Below, in pieces: positions 9,683-21,388 of a stretch of 64,000 bases of DNA. The notes beneath the pieces are model-generated. The model saw only the letters and a list, made by a program, of their open reading frames with translations, was not told the DNA's origin and made no database searches. Both the position numbers and the translations under genes were made by a program. Position 1 is the first letter of the stretch, and the number at the start of each line of letters is the position of its first letter. Origin of the DNA: Ostreococcus lucimarinus (taxonomy: Eukaryota); NCBI GenBank assembly GCA_000092065.1, contig CP000597.1; one strand, 5' to 3'.

Positions 9683-11683
9683 ATGCGCGTCGCGACGTCC
9701 GCGACGTCCGCGCGCGCGCTCGGCGCGCCGTCCCTCGCGCGCGCCGTCCCTCGCGCGCCGCGAATCGCGCGCGCGAACCGCGCGCGATGGATGAAGCGCG
9801 CGCGCGCGACGACGACGACGCGCGACGACGCGACGAGAGACGACGACGACGCGCGCGCGGCGACGATTCACGTGCCGTCGCTCGTGCGGCGCATGCGAGC
9901 GATCGCGCGGCGCGGATGCGCGATCATTCGAGAGGTGACGGAGGGCGGCGACGTCGGCGCGCGGGACAAGGGCGGCGCGCAGCGGGCGGACGGGACGTAC
10001 GTGGCGGACGCGCAGACGGAGGCGGATCGACGCGTGGAGGCGATGGCGATCGGTGCGCTGCGAGCGTTTTCGAAGGATTTGAATCTGGTGGCGGAGGAGA
10101 GCTTCGAGTGCGCGGCGACGATCGAGGCGTACGCGGGGGCGGGGGAGTGGACGACGATCGCGGATCTGGAGGCGGAGGACGAGGACGAGGCGGACGAGAC
10201 GTGGGCGCCGGAACTGAGAAAACCGATCGCGGCGTCGAGGGTGGCGGTGTATTGCGATCCGTTGGATGGGACGAACGAGTACGCGGCGGGTGAGCGGGAG
10301 GCGATCACGGTGCTGTTGGGGGTGGCGGTGGACGGGACGCCGCGCGCGGGGGTCATCGGACAGCCGTTTCACGAGCGCGGGAAGAGCGAGGATTTGGGTC
10401 GGGTGGTTTGGGGAGGCGCCGGCGTCGGCGTGCACGGATTGGACATCGCCGAAGACGCGCTGGCGCCGCCCGTGCCGCCGCACGGCGCGCACGTGGTGGC
10501 GGTGAATAGGAATTTACGAGAAAACAGACAGGCGCCCGTGCTCGAGGCGTTGCAATCGCGCGTGGACGTCGTCATCAGCGCCACGGGATTTCATTATTTG
10601 ATGCTCCTGGAGCGGCGCGCGCACAGCGCTTTATTACTTAGGAAAGCGTCAAAGAAGTGGGACACGTGCGCGGGGGAGGCGCTGCTGCGTGCGACGGGAG
10701 GAATCGTCACCGACACCGTCGGTCGGCGGTACGACTACTCGTACAACTTGAACGCGTTGCCGAATCTGAGCGGCATGGCGGCGAGTTTAGACGTCGGCAT
10801 GCACTGCGAGATGACGGGAATCATTCGAGACGTCATCGAACCGCTCGGTGATTATCCGTACGACGTCGATGATCCCTCCATCAGACCGAGCGTGCTCGAC
10901 GGCGTGCAAACGCCCGCCGGCGGCTGGCGCGCCGTCACGGTGGACGTCGGCGGATGTCTCATCGAGCCTCGCGAACGCGTCGCTGACGTGTACGCGCGCA
11001 CCGCGCGCTCGATCGGTATCGATTACGTAACCAGCGAAACCGCGTCGCACGATTTCAAAGAGGCTTTCGCCAAGTTTCGCGGCTCGGATGAACCGAACGC
11101 CATGCGATACTACGACGACGGGAAATCGTTTTGGCGTAAAGTCATCGCGCACGTGTTATCGCGCGGCGGGGCTCGAGCTTCCGCGGATGACGCCGTCGTG
11201 GAAACGATGTTGACGAAGCTGTATGAATATTACGAGCACCCGAGCGCGTGGTACGTCGCGCACGGCGCCGTCGACGCCATCTCCCGACTCCGAAGATCCG
11301 GCGTCAAAGTCGCCGTGGCGTCGAATTGGGATTCCAGGTTACCTAAACTTTTGGAATCCCTCGATTTGGCGCGACATTTCGACGCCATCGTCGTCTCAGC
11401 CATCGAAGGGTGCGAAAAGCCATCCAAAGAGTTCTTCACGAAGTGTCTCAACGCCGTGGACGTCCCCGCGTCTGCGACTTTACACGTCGGCGACGACGAG
11501 CGAAACGACGTCTCCGGCGCCGTCGCCGCCGATTTCGCGTGCGCCGTCCTGTGGGCGCCGCCGCGTCCCGCCACCGCTTCCAGTCCCGCCCCCGCCCCGC
11601 GCGTGCGAGACTTCAACGAGCTCACCGACGCGATATTATCCGCCAACCGCGCGCACGTCACCCACAAACACTATTTTCAGTAA
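9683..11683 (+). CDS. Inositol monophosphatase/PAP-phosphatase-like domain fused to HAD-superfamily hydrolase
   Basis: VAVYCDPLDGTNEY (IMPase metal-binding motif) in the N-terminal half. The C-terminal half has HAD motifs: TVDVGGCLIEP (motif I DxDGxL), VAVASNWD, and HVGDDERNDVSGA (motif IV). Confidence 0.65.
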   Translation: MRVATSATSARALGAPSLARAVPRAPRIARANRARWMKRARATTTTRDDATRDDDDARAATIHVPSLVRRMRAIARRGCAIIREVTEGGDVGARDKGGAQRADGTYVADAQTEADRRVEAMAIGALRAFSKDLNLVAEESFECAATIEAYAGAGEWTTIADLEAEDEDEADETWAPELRKPIAASRVAVYCDPLDGTNEYAAGEREAITVLLGVAVDGTPRAGVIGQPFHERGKSEDLGRVVWGGAGVGVHGLDIAEDALAPPVPPHGAHVVAVNRNLRENRQAPVLEALQSRVDVVISATGFHYLMLLERRAHSALLLRKASKKWDTCAGEALLRATGGIVTDTVGRRYDYSYNLNALPNLSGMAASLDVGMHCEMTGIIRDVIEPLGDYPYDVDDPSIRPSVLDGVQTPAGGWRAVTVDVGGCLIEPRERVADVYARTARSIGIDYVTSETASHDFKEAFAKFRGSDEPNAMRYYDDGKSFWRKVIAHVLSRGGARASADDAVVETMLTKLYEYYEHPSAWYVAHGAVDAISRLRRSGVKVAVASNWDSRLPKLLESLDLARHFDAIVVSAIEGCEKPSKEFFTKCLNAVDVPASATLHVGDDERNDVSGAVAADFACAVLWAPPRPATASSPAPAPRVRDFNELTDAILSANRAHVTHKHYFQ

Positions 11684-12031
11684 CCGTCGCGCGAATCGAT
11701 TCGATCTCGCGATGTAACATCGAGCCCGCGCGTCCACATGGGACACCTTGACCCCTCACACGGCGTCGCGTCGTTCGCGCGGTCGTCATCGGCGCCCGTG
11801 AAACGTCTTTAGAACCACCCTCGTTCGCCGCGCGGGCTGGACCTCGCGTCGTCTCGCGTCGTCGGACGTCATCTTTCCCGCGTTCGGCGCGTTTGGCTTG
11901 AAATCTCATCGCGGCGGCGTTCGGGTTCGTCGCGCGCGCGAGTCGTCGTCGAACGTCGCGCGGCGAAGTCATCGATCGCCGTGGATTCGTTCGGAAGACT
12001 TCGCGTGCGCGCCGTTTGCGCGACGTAGACG

Positions 12032-13747
12032 ATGGAACCCGCGGGACGACGACGCCGGGACCGACGGGCGCCGAGCGCCGGGACGTCGCGGTCGGCGTCG
12101 CCGGCGAACGCGCCGTCGGGACGCGCTTCTTCAGATTTTACGCCGCAAACGCCGACGACGCGAGATCGCGAGAGCGCGCGCGCGGTGCCGACGGCAGCGG
12201 TTCAAGCGCAGACGCAACCACCGTTGCCACCGACGCCACCGCCGGACGCGAAGACGGGAGATGTGAAAATTTTGGGTCGGCGACATCGCGAGCGCGGCGG
12301 CGGCGGGCGAGGCGCGGGACGCGGGACGTCGCCGGGAGCGGTGGCGCGAGCGCCGGTGGCGGTCCCGGTCGCGAGCGATCACTCGGTGTCGCCCACGCAC
12401 GGCGCACACGTGCCGAGTCACGTACCGAGCCCGATGAGTTTGGACTCGCCGAGCGCGCGCGCGGCGCAAGGACGCGAAGTTATCGATTTGAGCGCGGAAA
12501 TGTACGAGGACGAACAGCCGTACGTGGAAATTTTGCACATTCCGAACAACAAGGTTGGATTGGTGATCGGACGCGACGGACGACACGTTGGATTCGTACA
12601 GAATCGCACGGGGACGCGGATATCGATCGCGAGAGATTCGTGGGATGGGTCTAGGCGACGCGTGGAAATCGAAGGACCGCCGGAGCGGTGCCGGGAGGCG
12701 GCGACGATGATTCAGCGACTGATCGCATCCGCGGATGATCGCGATCGGGAGATCAGTGAGGGCGCGATCAGGGCGTTGTTTGAGGGGTTGGAGGTCGCGG
12801 AAACCGCGGTGATGGCGGCGAACGTCGTCGCGAGTCAACGGGCGAGGGAAGAATTGGCGGACGACGCGGATGCGCAATTCGACGATTCGTCGGCGGATTT
12901 CGACGGTCGCGGTATGCCTGGCGCGCCGCGAGGTGCGCCACCGTCCGCGAGACAAGGACCGGCGACGGCGACGATGACGATTCCGCACACGAAAGTCGGG
13001 ATGATCATCGGTCGGGGCGGAGATAACGTCAAGTACATTCAGCAACAGACGCACGCGCGGATTCAGATTCAGACGGATGCGGAGACGCCCGAGGGCGCGC
13101 CCAATCGTATGGTTTACCTTCGCGGTCCCGTGGAAGCCTGCCGTCACGCCGCGCGATTGATCAACGATATGTGCATCGGTCGAGTGCTCATTCACGCGCC
13201 CGTGCCGCATCACGGAGCTTTGATGACGCCAGCCATGCCCGGAGAACCGCTCGATCGCGGCGATCGCGGCGCGGGGAAAGCCGTCGCGTCCGGGGGCGGT
13301 GGCGCGCCGCCGTACCCGAGCTCGAGATCGGCGTACGGACCGATGCAAATCGATTACTCCGCGATACCCGCGATGTACCCACCGCCGTATTTCGGGCAGC
13401 CTTACACGGGACTTTACAACGTCGGCGCGTACCCTCACGAGATGATGCCGTACTGGAACCAATACGCGACGTACTACGGTCAGCCGCCGATGATGACTCC
13501 GTACGATCTGGGCGGCAAGGAAGGACAGACGGTGTACTACGAACAACCCGCGACGCCACCGTTTCGTTACGGCGAGGAAATCGAGCGCGGCCAGGGTGAA
13601 AGCGAAGGCGAGGTCGAGGTCGAGGGCGAAGGCGTCGCCGAGCCCCAACCGCGCGCCGATTCGCCCTCGTCGCCCGAATCGAAAGACGCCGTCTCGGACT
13701 CCACGCGATCTCCGACGACGCCCAAACAACACCAGCGGCAAACATGA
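12032..13747 (+). CDS. KH-domain RNA-binding protein (two type-I KH domains, Pro/Tyr/Met-rich tail)
   Basis: ILHIPNNKVGLVIGRDGRHVGFVQNRTGTRISI and MTIPHTKVGMIIGRGGDNVKYIQQQTHARIQI are KH-fold GxxG loops. The C-terminus is low-complexity (PYFGQPYTGLY). The N-terminal ~100 aa are low-complexity, so the start is uncertain. Confidence 0.6.
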   Translation: MEPAGRRRRDRRAPSAGTSRSASPANAPSGRASSDFTPQTPTTRDRESARAVPTAAVQAQTQPPLPPTPPPDAKTGDVKILGRRHRERGGGGRGAGRGTSPGAVARAPVAVPVASDHSVSPTHGAHVPSHVPSPMSLDSPSARAAQGREVIDLSAEMYEDEQPYVEILHIPNNKVGLVIGRDGRHVGFVQNRTGTRISIARDSWDGSRRRVEIEGPPERCREAATMIQRLIASADDRDREISEGAIRALFEGLEVAETAVMAANVVASQRAREELADDADAQFDDSSADFDGRGMPGAPRGAPPSARQGPATATMTIPHTKVGMIIGRGGDNVKYIQQQTHARIQIQTDAETPEGAPNRMVYLRGPVEACRHAARLINDMCIGRVLIHAPVPHHGALMTPAMPGEPLDRGDRGAGKAVASGGGGAPPYPSSRSAYGPMQIDYSAIPAMYPPPYFGQPYTGLYNVGAYPHEMMPYWNQYATYYGQPPMMTPYDLGGKEGQTVYYEQPATPPFRYGEEIERGQGESEGEVEVEGEGVAEPQPRADSPSSPESKDAVSDSTRSPTTPKQHQRQT

Positions 13748-14188
13748 CGCGACGCGCGAGACGAACGAGCTCGACGAGACGCTCGCGAACGAATTTGACG
13801 AGACGCCGCGAACCGCGAACCGCGCCGAGCGCAGACTTCGCTCGCGCGCTACGCGCAATCAATCATCATTACACCGATCGCTCGCCAATCTCTCACACAC
13901 CTATCCAATCCATCGTTTAAAATCGCGTCGGTCACCGCCGCCGTCGCAGTCCCAGAACCCCTTTCCCCGCGCGTCGCGCCTCTCGCGTCACCGCGCTCGC
14001 CACCGCGTCCAGCTCCAACCTCGCCCGCTCGCTCCTCGACCGCGCCACCATCACCGCCGCGCTCACCACCGCGATCACCATCACGCACAGGATCGTCCTG
14101 CGTCATCGCGCGCGTCCGCGCGTCGGAGTCAGTCTCTCGTCTCGCGTCGCGCGCGCGCGCGTCGTCGTCGTCGTCGTCGCGCGCGCCT

Positions 14189-15457
14189 GTGTTTCCGTCG
14201 GAGCCATCGCGGGGTGTTCGGCAGGTCGAGCCCGCGCCCGCGCAGCGACTTGACGCTCGACATCGCGTGCTCGATGTGCGTCAGCGAATCGCTTCGACGC
14301 ATCGCGCGCGACGACGCGACGCGACGGCGCGACGCGACGGCGCGTCGCGAAGTGCGAACGCGGTCGAGCGGTCGACGGTCGAGGGCGACGCGCGCGGCAT
14401 CGCGCGACGCGCGCGCGACGGCGCGACGCGAGGACGCGCGCGCGACGGGGGGATGGCGACGGAGGCGGCGACGCGCGACGCGCGCGGCGCGGTGTTCAGG
14501 CGCGGCGCGAAGGCGACGCAGACGCCGGTGGATGGGGCGCTGAGCGAGGCGCAAAAAACGCGACGCGCGAGCGCGCTGGCGTCGCTGCGCGCGCACTGCG
14601 ACGCGACGCGAGGGCAGAAGAGCGCGGTGATGCCGTGCGCGATCTGGCGGGCGACGAAACGGCGCGCGGAGGTGGTGAGACACCGAGGAAGGCATTTTAC
14701 GCGATTCGGGTGCGCGCGCGGCGACGGCGTGTGGCTGAGCGCGGAGGAGTGCGCGTTTTTGGTGGAAACGGAGCGGTTGGCGCTGTTCTTCAGCGAGAAG
14801 GACGAGCGATGCGCGAGCGTGCGCGCGGTGTATCGCCTGATGGCGCGGGTGGGGGTGTCGCGGGAGGCGTACCTGGCGTACGCGCACGTGTGCCGGTTGG
14901 GATACGTGTGCCGACGGTTCGGGAGCGCGTGGACGATGGAGGCGAGGGCGAGCGATGCGGACTTGGTCGCGGCGACGGAGGGGTTGGGAATTTGGAAGCG
15001 CGCGCGAGAGGGCGAGGACGGTGCCGTGGACGACGATCGGGACGCGGTGAAGAGACGGAAAATCGCGCCGTCGACGCGCGAGATTAAAAAGACGCCGAGG
15101 CAGCGAGAATTACAGAGTCGGCGGTGGTGGTTCGCGTCTGGCGCGATCGAACACGAGTGGATCGGGCCGGAAATAGATGCGGCGATCGAGGCGAACGCAA
15201 AACCGCCGTATGCGATGACTTTGGAGTACGACGAGACGCCCGTGCGCGTGGCGCCGACGTTTCAGGTGTACCAACCGAATAGGAATTTTAGCAAAAAGTC
15301 ACCAGACCCGGTGAGTTTTTACCTGTACGTCGCGTCGGAGCGACCACCGAACGGGCGAGAGACGCGATCGCTCATAGAGCAAGCGAATGGGAAGCCAGTG
15401 CGCGTGGCGAGCTGTCGACAGTCGACGGTTATGATGTTTACGCTGTCAGACGCCTGA
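14189..15457 (+). CDS. tRNA-splicing endonuclease subunit Sen54-like
   Basis: GDGVWLSAEECAFLVETERLALFF resembles the Sen54 N-terminal LLPEEALYLVERGSLE block. C-terminal FQVYQPNRNFSKKSPDPVSFYLYVA resembles the Sen54 YDVYKPSTNFKKS...VV block. The true start is probably an internal Met near 14450. Confidence 0.45.
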   Translation: MFPSEPSRGVRQVEPAPAQRLDARHRVLDVRQRIASTHRARRRDATARRDGASRSANAVERSTVEGDARGIARRARDGATRGRARDGGMATEAATRDARGAVFRRGAKATQTPVDGALSEAQKTRRASALASLRAHCDATRGQKSAVMPCAIWRATKRRAEVVRHRGRHFTRFGCARGDGVWLSAEECAFLVETERLALFFSEKDERCASVRAVYRLMARVGVSREAYLAYAHVCRLGYVCRRFGSAWTMEARASDADLVAATEGLGIWKRAREGEDGAVDDDRDAVKRRKIAPSTREIKKTPRQRELQSRRWWFASGAIEHEWIGPEIDAAIEANAKPPYAMTLEYDETPVRVAPTFQVYQPNRNFSKKSPDPVSFYLYVASERPPNGRETRSLIEQANGKPVRVASCRQSTVMMFTLSDA

Positions 15458-15492
15458 AGACGAAATTGTAAAGTAAAATTCTGTTGGTAAAA

Positions 15493-17582
15493 TTACACCG
15501 GGACGAATCGACGCGGATCTTCGGCGACGAAACGAAACGCACGCGGGCCGTCGAGCGCGTGCGAACGCACGGGCGAACCGACGTACCAAAACACCCAGCC
15601 CTTGCGCTCGCCACGCAAAATCGCCGCCGTCTCCGCGCCGCCGTCGTCGTACACGATCCTCAAAGATTTCAACTCCTCCCGCGCGGAATCATGCGCGTCG
15701 GCTCTCGAGGTAGCGGGTCGCGCGCCAAAGTGACGCCGGTTCGCAACCGAGTACCCGCTCTCTACGAACGCATGGACTTCTTCCGCGAGAAAAATCAAAC
15801 GCGCCGCCGCGCCGCGCGCACTTAAATTACGTCGACCATCGGGCGCGCACGCGGCGACGTACGCCCTCGCGGGTTCCGCGTCTCGTAACACATCACCGAA
15901 TCGTAACAATGCGTTGAACGCGATTTCGACGCGCACAAATTCGTCGAGCGATCCCTCGCGGAATATTCCAGACAGAAATTCTTCCTCCGTCGCCGCGCCG
16001 ACGCGCCAAAGTTCGGTGAGGAATTCGGCGGCTCCGGCGATGGTTTCGTCGTCGCTCGAGTCGAGCAAAGCGATAACGCGACGACAAATGTCGTCCCGAA
16101 ATGGCATGGCGTCGCTCAAAGTGGCGTACATCGCCGCGTAACTTTTTTGACACACGGCTGTCGTCACGATTCGCTCCGCGTAAGCGTCAAAGACGGAGAC
16201 GCCTTCAATCGCGGTCAACATTTGACGCGTGGCACGTGGCGCGGTGTCCGGCGTCGAACGATTCAGCGCGGCGTTGAACGCGGCGACCGGATTGCTCACC
16301 GTCGTCGTCGTCGTCGCCTGCAACTTTCGCCAATCAGAGTCGTAATCGCGCGAATCGTCGCCGTCGACGGTCCATCGGTCCTCGTCCGTCTTTGGTAACA
16401 CGACAACCTTCTTCAGCCCACGTCGTTTCTCCACCCCCTTTGCAGTCGGGTCTTTGACACGCTCAAACGCCAAGAGGCAGCACTTTTCAAAACTCGCAAC
16501 GACGGATTCTTTCGCCGTCTTGATTCGGACGGGTAATCCGAATTCGTGATAACCGTCGCAGACGTGGCGGAGCAATGCCTCCTTGACGCCGGCGCCGCGG
16601 AATTCGGGAAGCACGCAGAGTCGATCCACTTGTGCAGTGGTGAACACAGTATCTGGAGAAGAAAACGGATACGCCACCGTCGCGGTTTCGTCGCTCTGCA
16701 AAGCGCTCATCGCGACGTAGCCGACGGCGACGCCGGAATCCGTCAATTCGAGCTCGTAATACACGCCGTGCGGCTGCGGCGGCGCGGCGACGTAGTGATG
16801 CGCCGAGTACCCCCCGGAACACCAGCGTTCGGGCGTGGACGCCTTCAATCGCGCGGTCACGCCTTCGCGCAGCGTCACGTTGAACCCGCGCGTTTCAACG
16901 AAGGCGCGAACGGCGTCGCTGACATCCGCGAGTTGCTCCGCCATGGACAGCGTCAAGCGCTGTATAGGATCGCCATCGATCACCAATCGTTCGCGAGCAC
17001 GCGCGATGAGTACGTCACCGTCGTCTTCGACGCGATCGGCGATGATGGCGATCGCGCGCGCGTGCTCTCGATGCCACGTTCTGCTCGCGCGCTCCTCTTC
17101 GTCTTCGTCTTCCTCCCCAGACCGCGCGCGTCGACTCGGATACAGCCTTCGCGCCGGGCAACGCGCGACCACCGCGTTAAACAACAGATTCGCCCTCAAG
17201 CACGACGCCTTCGTCGGCGCGGCACCGCGCGCGAGCGCGATGCCGACGTCTACGCCCTTCGGCAACGCGCTTCGAAACGCCGCAAACGTCTGCGTCGCCC
17301 GCGTCGTCCCCGTCCCTCCCAATCTCGCGCACACCACCACCACCCGCGTCGTCGACGTCCTCAAAACCTCCGCGCACACCGCTTCAACCATTTTCCTGCA
17401 CTCCCGCGCGCTCTTATGATCGCCTCGCCAGCGATACGTCCCGTCGCTCGTCTCCGCCGGTTTCGTCCTCGTCAGCGTCGTCGTCGTCGTCTCCCCGACC
17501 TCTGGAAACACGCGCGTCGCCCACGCCCGCGCCTCCGCCTGATCGCTCGCGCCGAAGCACACCACGTGCGCGCGCGGCGCCA
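15493..17582 (-). CDS. GNAT-family N-acetyltransferase domain protein with helical C-terminal domain
   Basis: VDRLCVLPEFRGAGVKEALLRHVCDGYHEFGLPVRI is a GNAT motif A (Q/RxxGxG/A). I trimmed the track ORF from 19161 to the Met at 17582 (GLERVMAPRAHVVCFG). The upstream 530 aa are Ser/Arg low-complexity and overlap the + strand gene at 18058. Confidence 0.5.
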
Positions 17583-18057
17583 TCACGCGTTCCAATCCAA
17601 CGCCGAATCGTCGTCGTCGTCGTCTCGCGCTTCGTCGTCGTCGCCGTCGTCGCCGTCGTCTCTTCTCCCCTCGCTCGCGCGCGCGCGAAAGCACTTCGCG
17701 AGGTGCGCGAGCCCTATCGTCCGGCACTCCTCGCTCCACGCCTGCGCGAGCTGCGCGCGCTCGCGCGCCGTGAGCGGCACGACGACGCGGCGTCGCGCTC
17801 GAACGGCGTCGCTGAATTCGCGTTCGAGTTCGAATTCGTCCTCGAATCGCGCCGCCGTTCGAGCGCGGCGCCCGCGTCGCGCCGCGCGCGTCGCGCGCGC
17901 TCTCGCGCGCGTCCCCGCGGGCGCGCTCGAGCGCGTCGCGGCGCGCATGCGCGGTCGCGCGCGTTTTAATGACGCTCGAAGCGGCGCGACGCTTCGAGGC
18001 GGTGACGCGAATCGTCACTCGACGTCGCGCGCGCGCCCGATCGCGCCGCGCGCGCAT

Positions 18058-21000
18058 GGACGACGCGCGCGATGCCCTCGACGCGCTCCTGACGGACGCG
18101 CGCGCGCAGCGAGCGCTCGCGGACGACGCGAGGTGCTTTCCCGAGTGTCGAGAATCGCGCGCGCGATCGAAATCGCTTCGCGAAATCGTCGCCGCGTGCG
18201 AAGCGCGACCGCGGTTGGGCGTCACGGACGCGCGAACGCGATTCAACGCGTCGCGCGCGACGGCGGACGCGACGCACGGCGCGCGAGACGACGACGACCT
18301 CGATGGGATGGACCTCGGCGACGGCGCGGGTGTTGGGAAGACGACGACGACGACGACGACGCGAGAGGTCGAGCGCGAGCGCGCGACGACGCGCGATGAG
18401 GACACGGGAACGAAATTGTGGATGACGTGCGATGGGATCGTGTTCGTGGTGACGGCGGAGGCGTCGATGGGCGAGCGCGGGGGGGGGCGGGAGGCGAAGG
18501 CGAAGGCGAACGCGCCGGCGACGAGCGAGGACGCGACGACGGGCGAAGAGAACGAAAAGACGACGCAATGGCCGGAACCGAAGCGGAGGAACGAAGGAGG
18601 GAGCGGCGATAAATCGTTGGTCGGCGCGGTGAAGGCGCTGAGAGGGACGCGGTTGGAGGGCGTGGTGGACGAGATCGCGTCCAACGTCGAGCGGTTGGGG
18701 GCGAGCGGAATTTTTGTGGTTTGCGAACGCGTGGGGGATTCGGATAACGTGCGCGCGTCCAAAATTCGCGATGCGCTCGTGAAATTGACGGGCGTGGTTG
18801 GGAACAACGTGTTTTGCGTGCCCGAGGGCGCTCGCGAGGGGCTGAGCGCGGTGGATGGGGGACACGTGGACGCTGAAACCGGCGGATGGTTTAGCGGATC
18901 GAGCGGGAAGAAGACGGTGGCGAAAGATTTCCAGCTTCGTTTAGATAATTGGCAATTAGAGTGGCGGAACAGTCGAGCGAAAAAACTCAGAAACGCTGAA
19001 TACGAAGCTATACGCCAGGAGACGCAGTTTTGGGCGATGTTTCTTCGCAAAGACGACGAGTGGCTCGCCGAGGAGCGCGAACGTGAGGAGGCGCGGAAAA
19101 AGGACAACGAAGCGGACGCAAAGGGCGATGAAGTGAGCGCCGACGGCGCCGAAACGTCCAAGATGGATAAAGTGGATAAAGAATCACTCGCGCGCGTCCA
19201 TGAAACGGCTTCGTTGCTGGCGATTCACAAATTCCTCAAGACGGCGATCGAGGGCGTGCCCATGGCTGGCATTCCCGGCGCCCCGGAGATGGCTTGGAAA
19301 CATTTTCAAAAATATCCCGAGCCCGAACGTGCACCGCTCATGAATGCCGTGTACTCACACAACGTCATTCAATACGCCGCGGCGCTCATGTTCGCTTGGC
19401 TGACGCCCGGACCCGTGGGCGCGCACGCGACGCATTTCATGAATCGCTTTCGTATTTCTCTCTTCTTCGCGTGTCTGTGCGGATCGTCGCCGTTAGATCC
19501 GACAGTGATCACCACCGCCATCGCGCTCGCGGCAGGGACGGATAAGGAAAATTTGCAGATGTCCCCTGTTATTCGTTTCATGAAAGACGACGTTGAGAGT
19601 GAGGTTTCGAGCGAGGACGAGGCGTCGGAGGACGAGGACGCGAAGCCGCGGATGGACATCGATGGCGTCGTGGATGTCAAATCGGCTTCGACATCGTCGC
19701 TCGATGAATCTTGGGGATCGCTCAATTCAATGTCGTCGTTAATGCAAGACGCTCTCGACCGCGCCGTCGCGGAAGGGAACGATCTCAAACGTCGAGCGTC
19801 AAAAATGCTGGTTGATTTCTTAAATTCTGGCAACCGAACCGTGCTGAAGAGTCGTCGACGAGCGATGAAAGCGGCGTGCGACGCAAAGGCTGACGCTATG
19901 CAACAAAAGAAAATGTCTTACGACGAAGCGGAGAAGATGGCGAAGAAGGTCTTCGATAGGGAGTTTTCTCGAGATGCAACAAAGCGCTTGACGACGCTCA
20001 TATTTGGACCGAAATACTTTGCGTCGGTCACGGCGGATATAACGCAAGTGATCAACTCTTCGTTTACGACGTACATCGCGATGTCGTCGATCGATATTTT
20101 CTTACCCATGGTCGAAGAACACGAAGAGAAGATGCGGTTGAAGAAGGCGGAAGAGGAAGAACAGGCGAAAGCCGCCGCCGCCGCCGCCGCCGCCGCCGCA
20201 ACAGCGGCGCTGACGACAAAGAATGGCTTCATTCACGTGACGCTCGAAGTCGAGAAAGATTGCGTGCGATGCACGCTCACCCCGACACCGTTACCGACGA
20301 CGGTTGAAAAGTTGTTAAGCACGTCCAAGATCATCAGTGAAAAGACTGTGGCGTTGACGGCGAGCACGGCCGAGGCGGTATCGTCGAGCGCTGAAGCCGT
20401 GTCCACGTGGGCGTCAAAAACCACGGACTCGGTGCGAAAAGAAACCAATCGCGGTCTAGAGCTCGCTCAAGAAAACGCCAAGGCGAGCATGGAAAGCGCA
20501 AAAAGTGGTTTGGAAAACGTCGGTGCGTTCTTTGACAGAACGAAGACGACACTGAATTCGACCATAACGTCGAGCGCGACCTCCATCACCACCGTCTTTT
20601 CGTCGTTGAAGACGGGCGGCGACGCGAGTGCGAGCGATGGTAAGGTTTCTATCGACGTTCGTTCACTTCCGGTTCAGCGTATTGCCGCCGCGCTGGAAAA
20701 CGAAGAAGTCGATCGCGTTATCGCTGACTCAAATTTGGTGCTCAAGATGCCCGCGGATTTGATCCTCTCCAAGGCGCTCGGTGATATTTACAAGGAAGTG
20801 CGAGCAGACGCCTCGGCGTTCGTCAAATACAAGGATGACGAGACCGTCTTGCGCGCTATCCAACGCCTGCTCGAGCTCGTCGTGGAAAGCGGTGACGAAG
20901 TCGCGATCAACGAGCTCATCAAACTCGGCGTCGTTCCGCGACCGAAATCCGCGGCGCAAGCCAAACTCGAGGCGTGGCGAGAAAATTTCCGCAAGCGTGA

Positions 21001-21241
21001 ATCTGAACCCGCGAGTGCGATAAAGGACGACGCAAAGTCTAGTGAAGCAGCTGAGACACCGCCTCCATCGACTGCTTCGAAAATCATCCCAGAAGCCTTG
21101 CGATCCGCGTTCGCCGCGCCGCTGACGCTCTTTTCGCGCGCGTCGGCGTCCGCGCCGTCCGTCGACGCCGTCGACGCCGCCCCGTCGCCCGACGCCAAGA
21201 TCGCCGTCGATGCCAAGGCCAAGGCGAGCGATTCGGCGTGA
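18058..21241 (+). CDS. Large hypothetical protein (coiled-coil and low-complexity, poly-Ala tract)
   Basis: The long ORF has moderate-GC coding-like composition from about 18400 onward. (GCC)n encodes AAAAAAAAA at about 20170-20205. No family recognised. Start assigned to MDDARDAL. Confidence 0.35.
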
Positions 21242-21388
21242 TCCTGTAAAACTGTGTTGTTATAGCATGTATAGCGTGTATGCAGTAATTTCATCGCGTC
21301 TGCGCGAAAACCCCAGATTTCAGTGTTGAGAGGGCCGATGTCCCCACGACGAAAGATCGCCACATCACGTCGCGCACACGCGTTCGCC

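Noticed and set aside
12131-13858. 575-aa minus-strand ORF (and similar long ORFs at 16546..18399 +, 26086..27336 -, 9638..10492 -, 60243..61619 +, 5441..5918 -, 53809..54486 -)
   Set aside because: These are antisense to well-supported genes or lie in about 75% GC tracts. Their translations are Arg/Ala/Pro homopolymer-like, with no motifs. Absence of stop codons is the expected result of GC richness.
17583-19161. N-terminal 530-aa extension of the GNAT-protein ORF
   Set aside because: It is Ser/Arg/Ala low-complexity and overlaps the + strand gene beginning about 18058. The recognisable protein starts at the Met at 17582.
20170-20205. Simple-sequence tracts (GCC)n, (ACG)n at 55640-55700, (GAAGAC)n at 39885-39905, (GCGTTC)n at 36214-36245
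   Set aside because: These are in-frame coding microsatellites producing poly-Ala/Thr/Asp/Asn-Ala tracts inside genes. They are common in GC-rich protist genomes and not separate functional elements.
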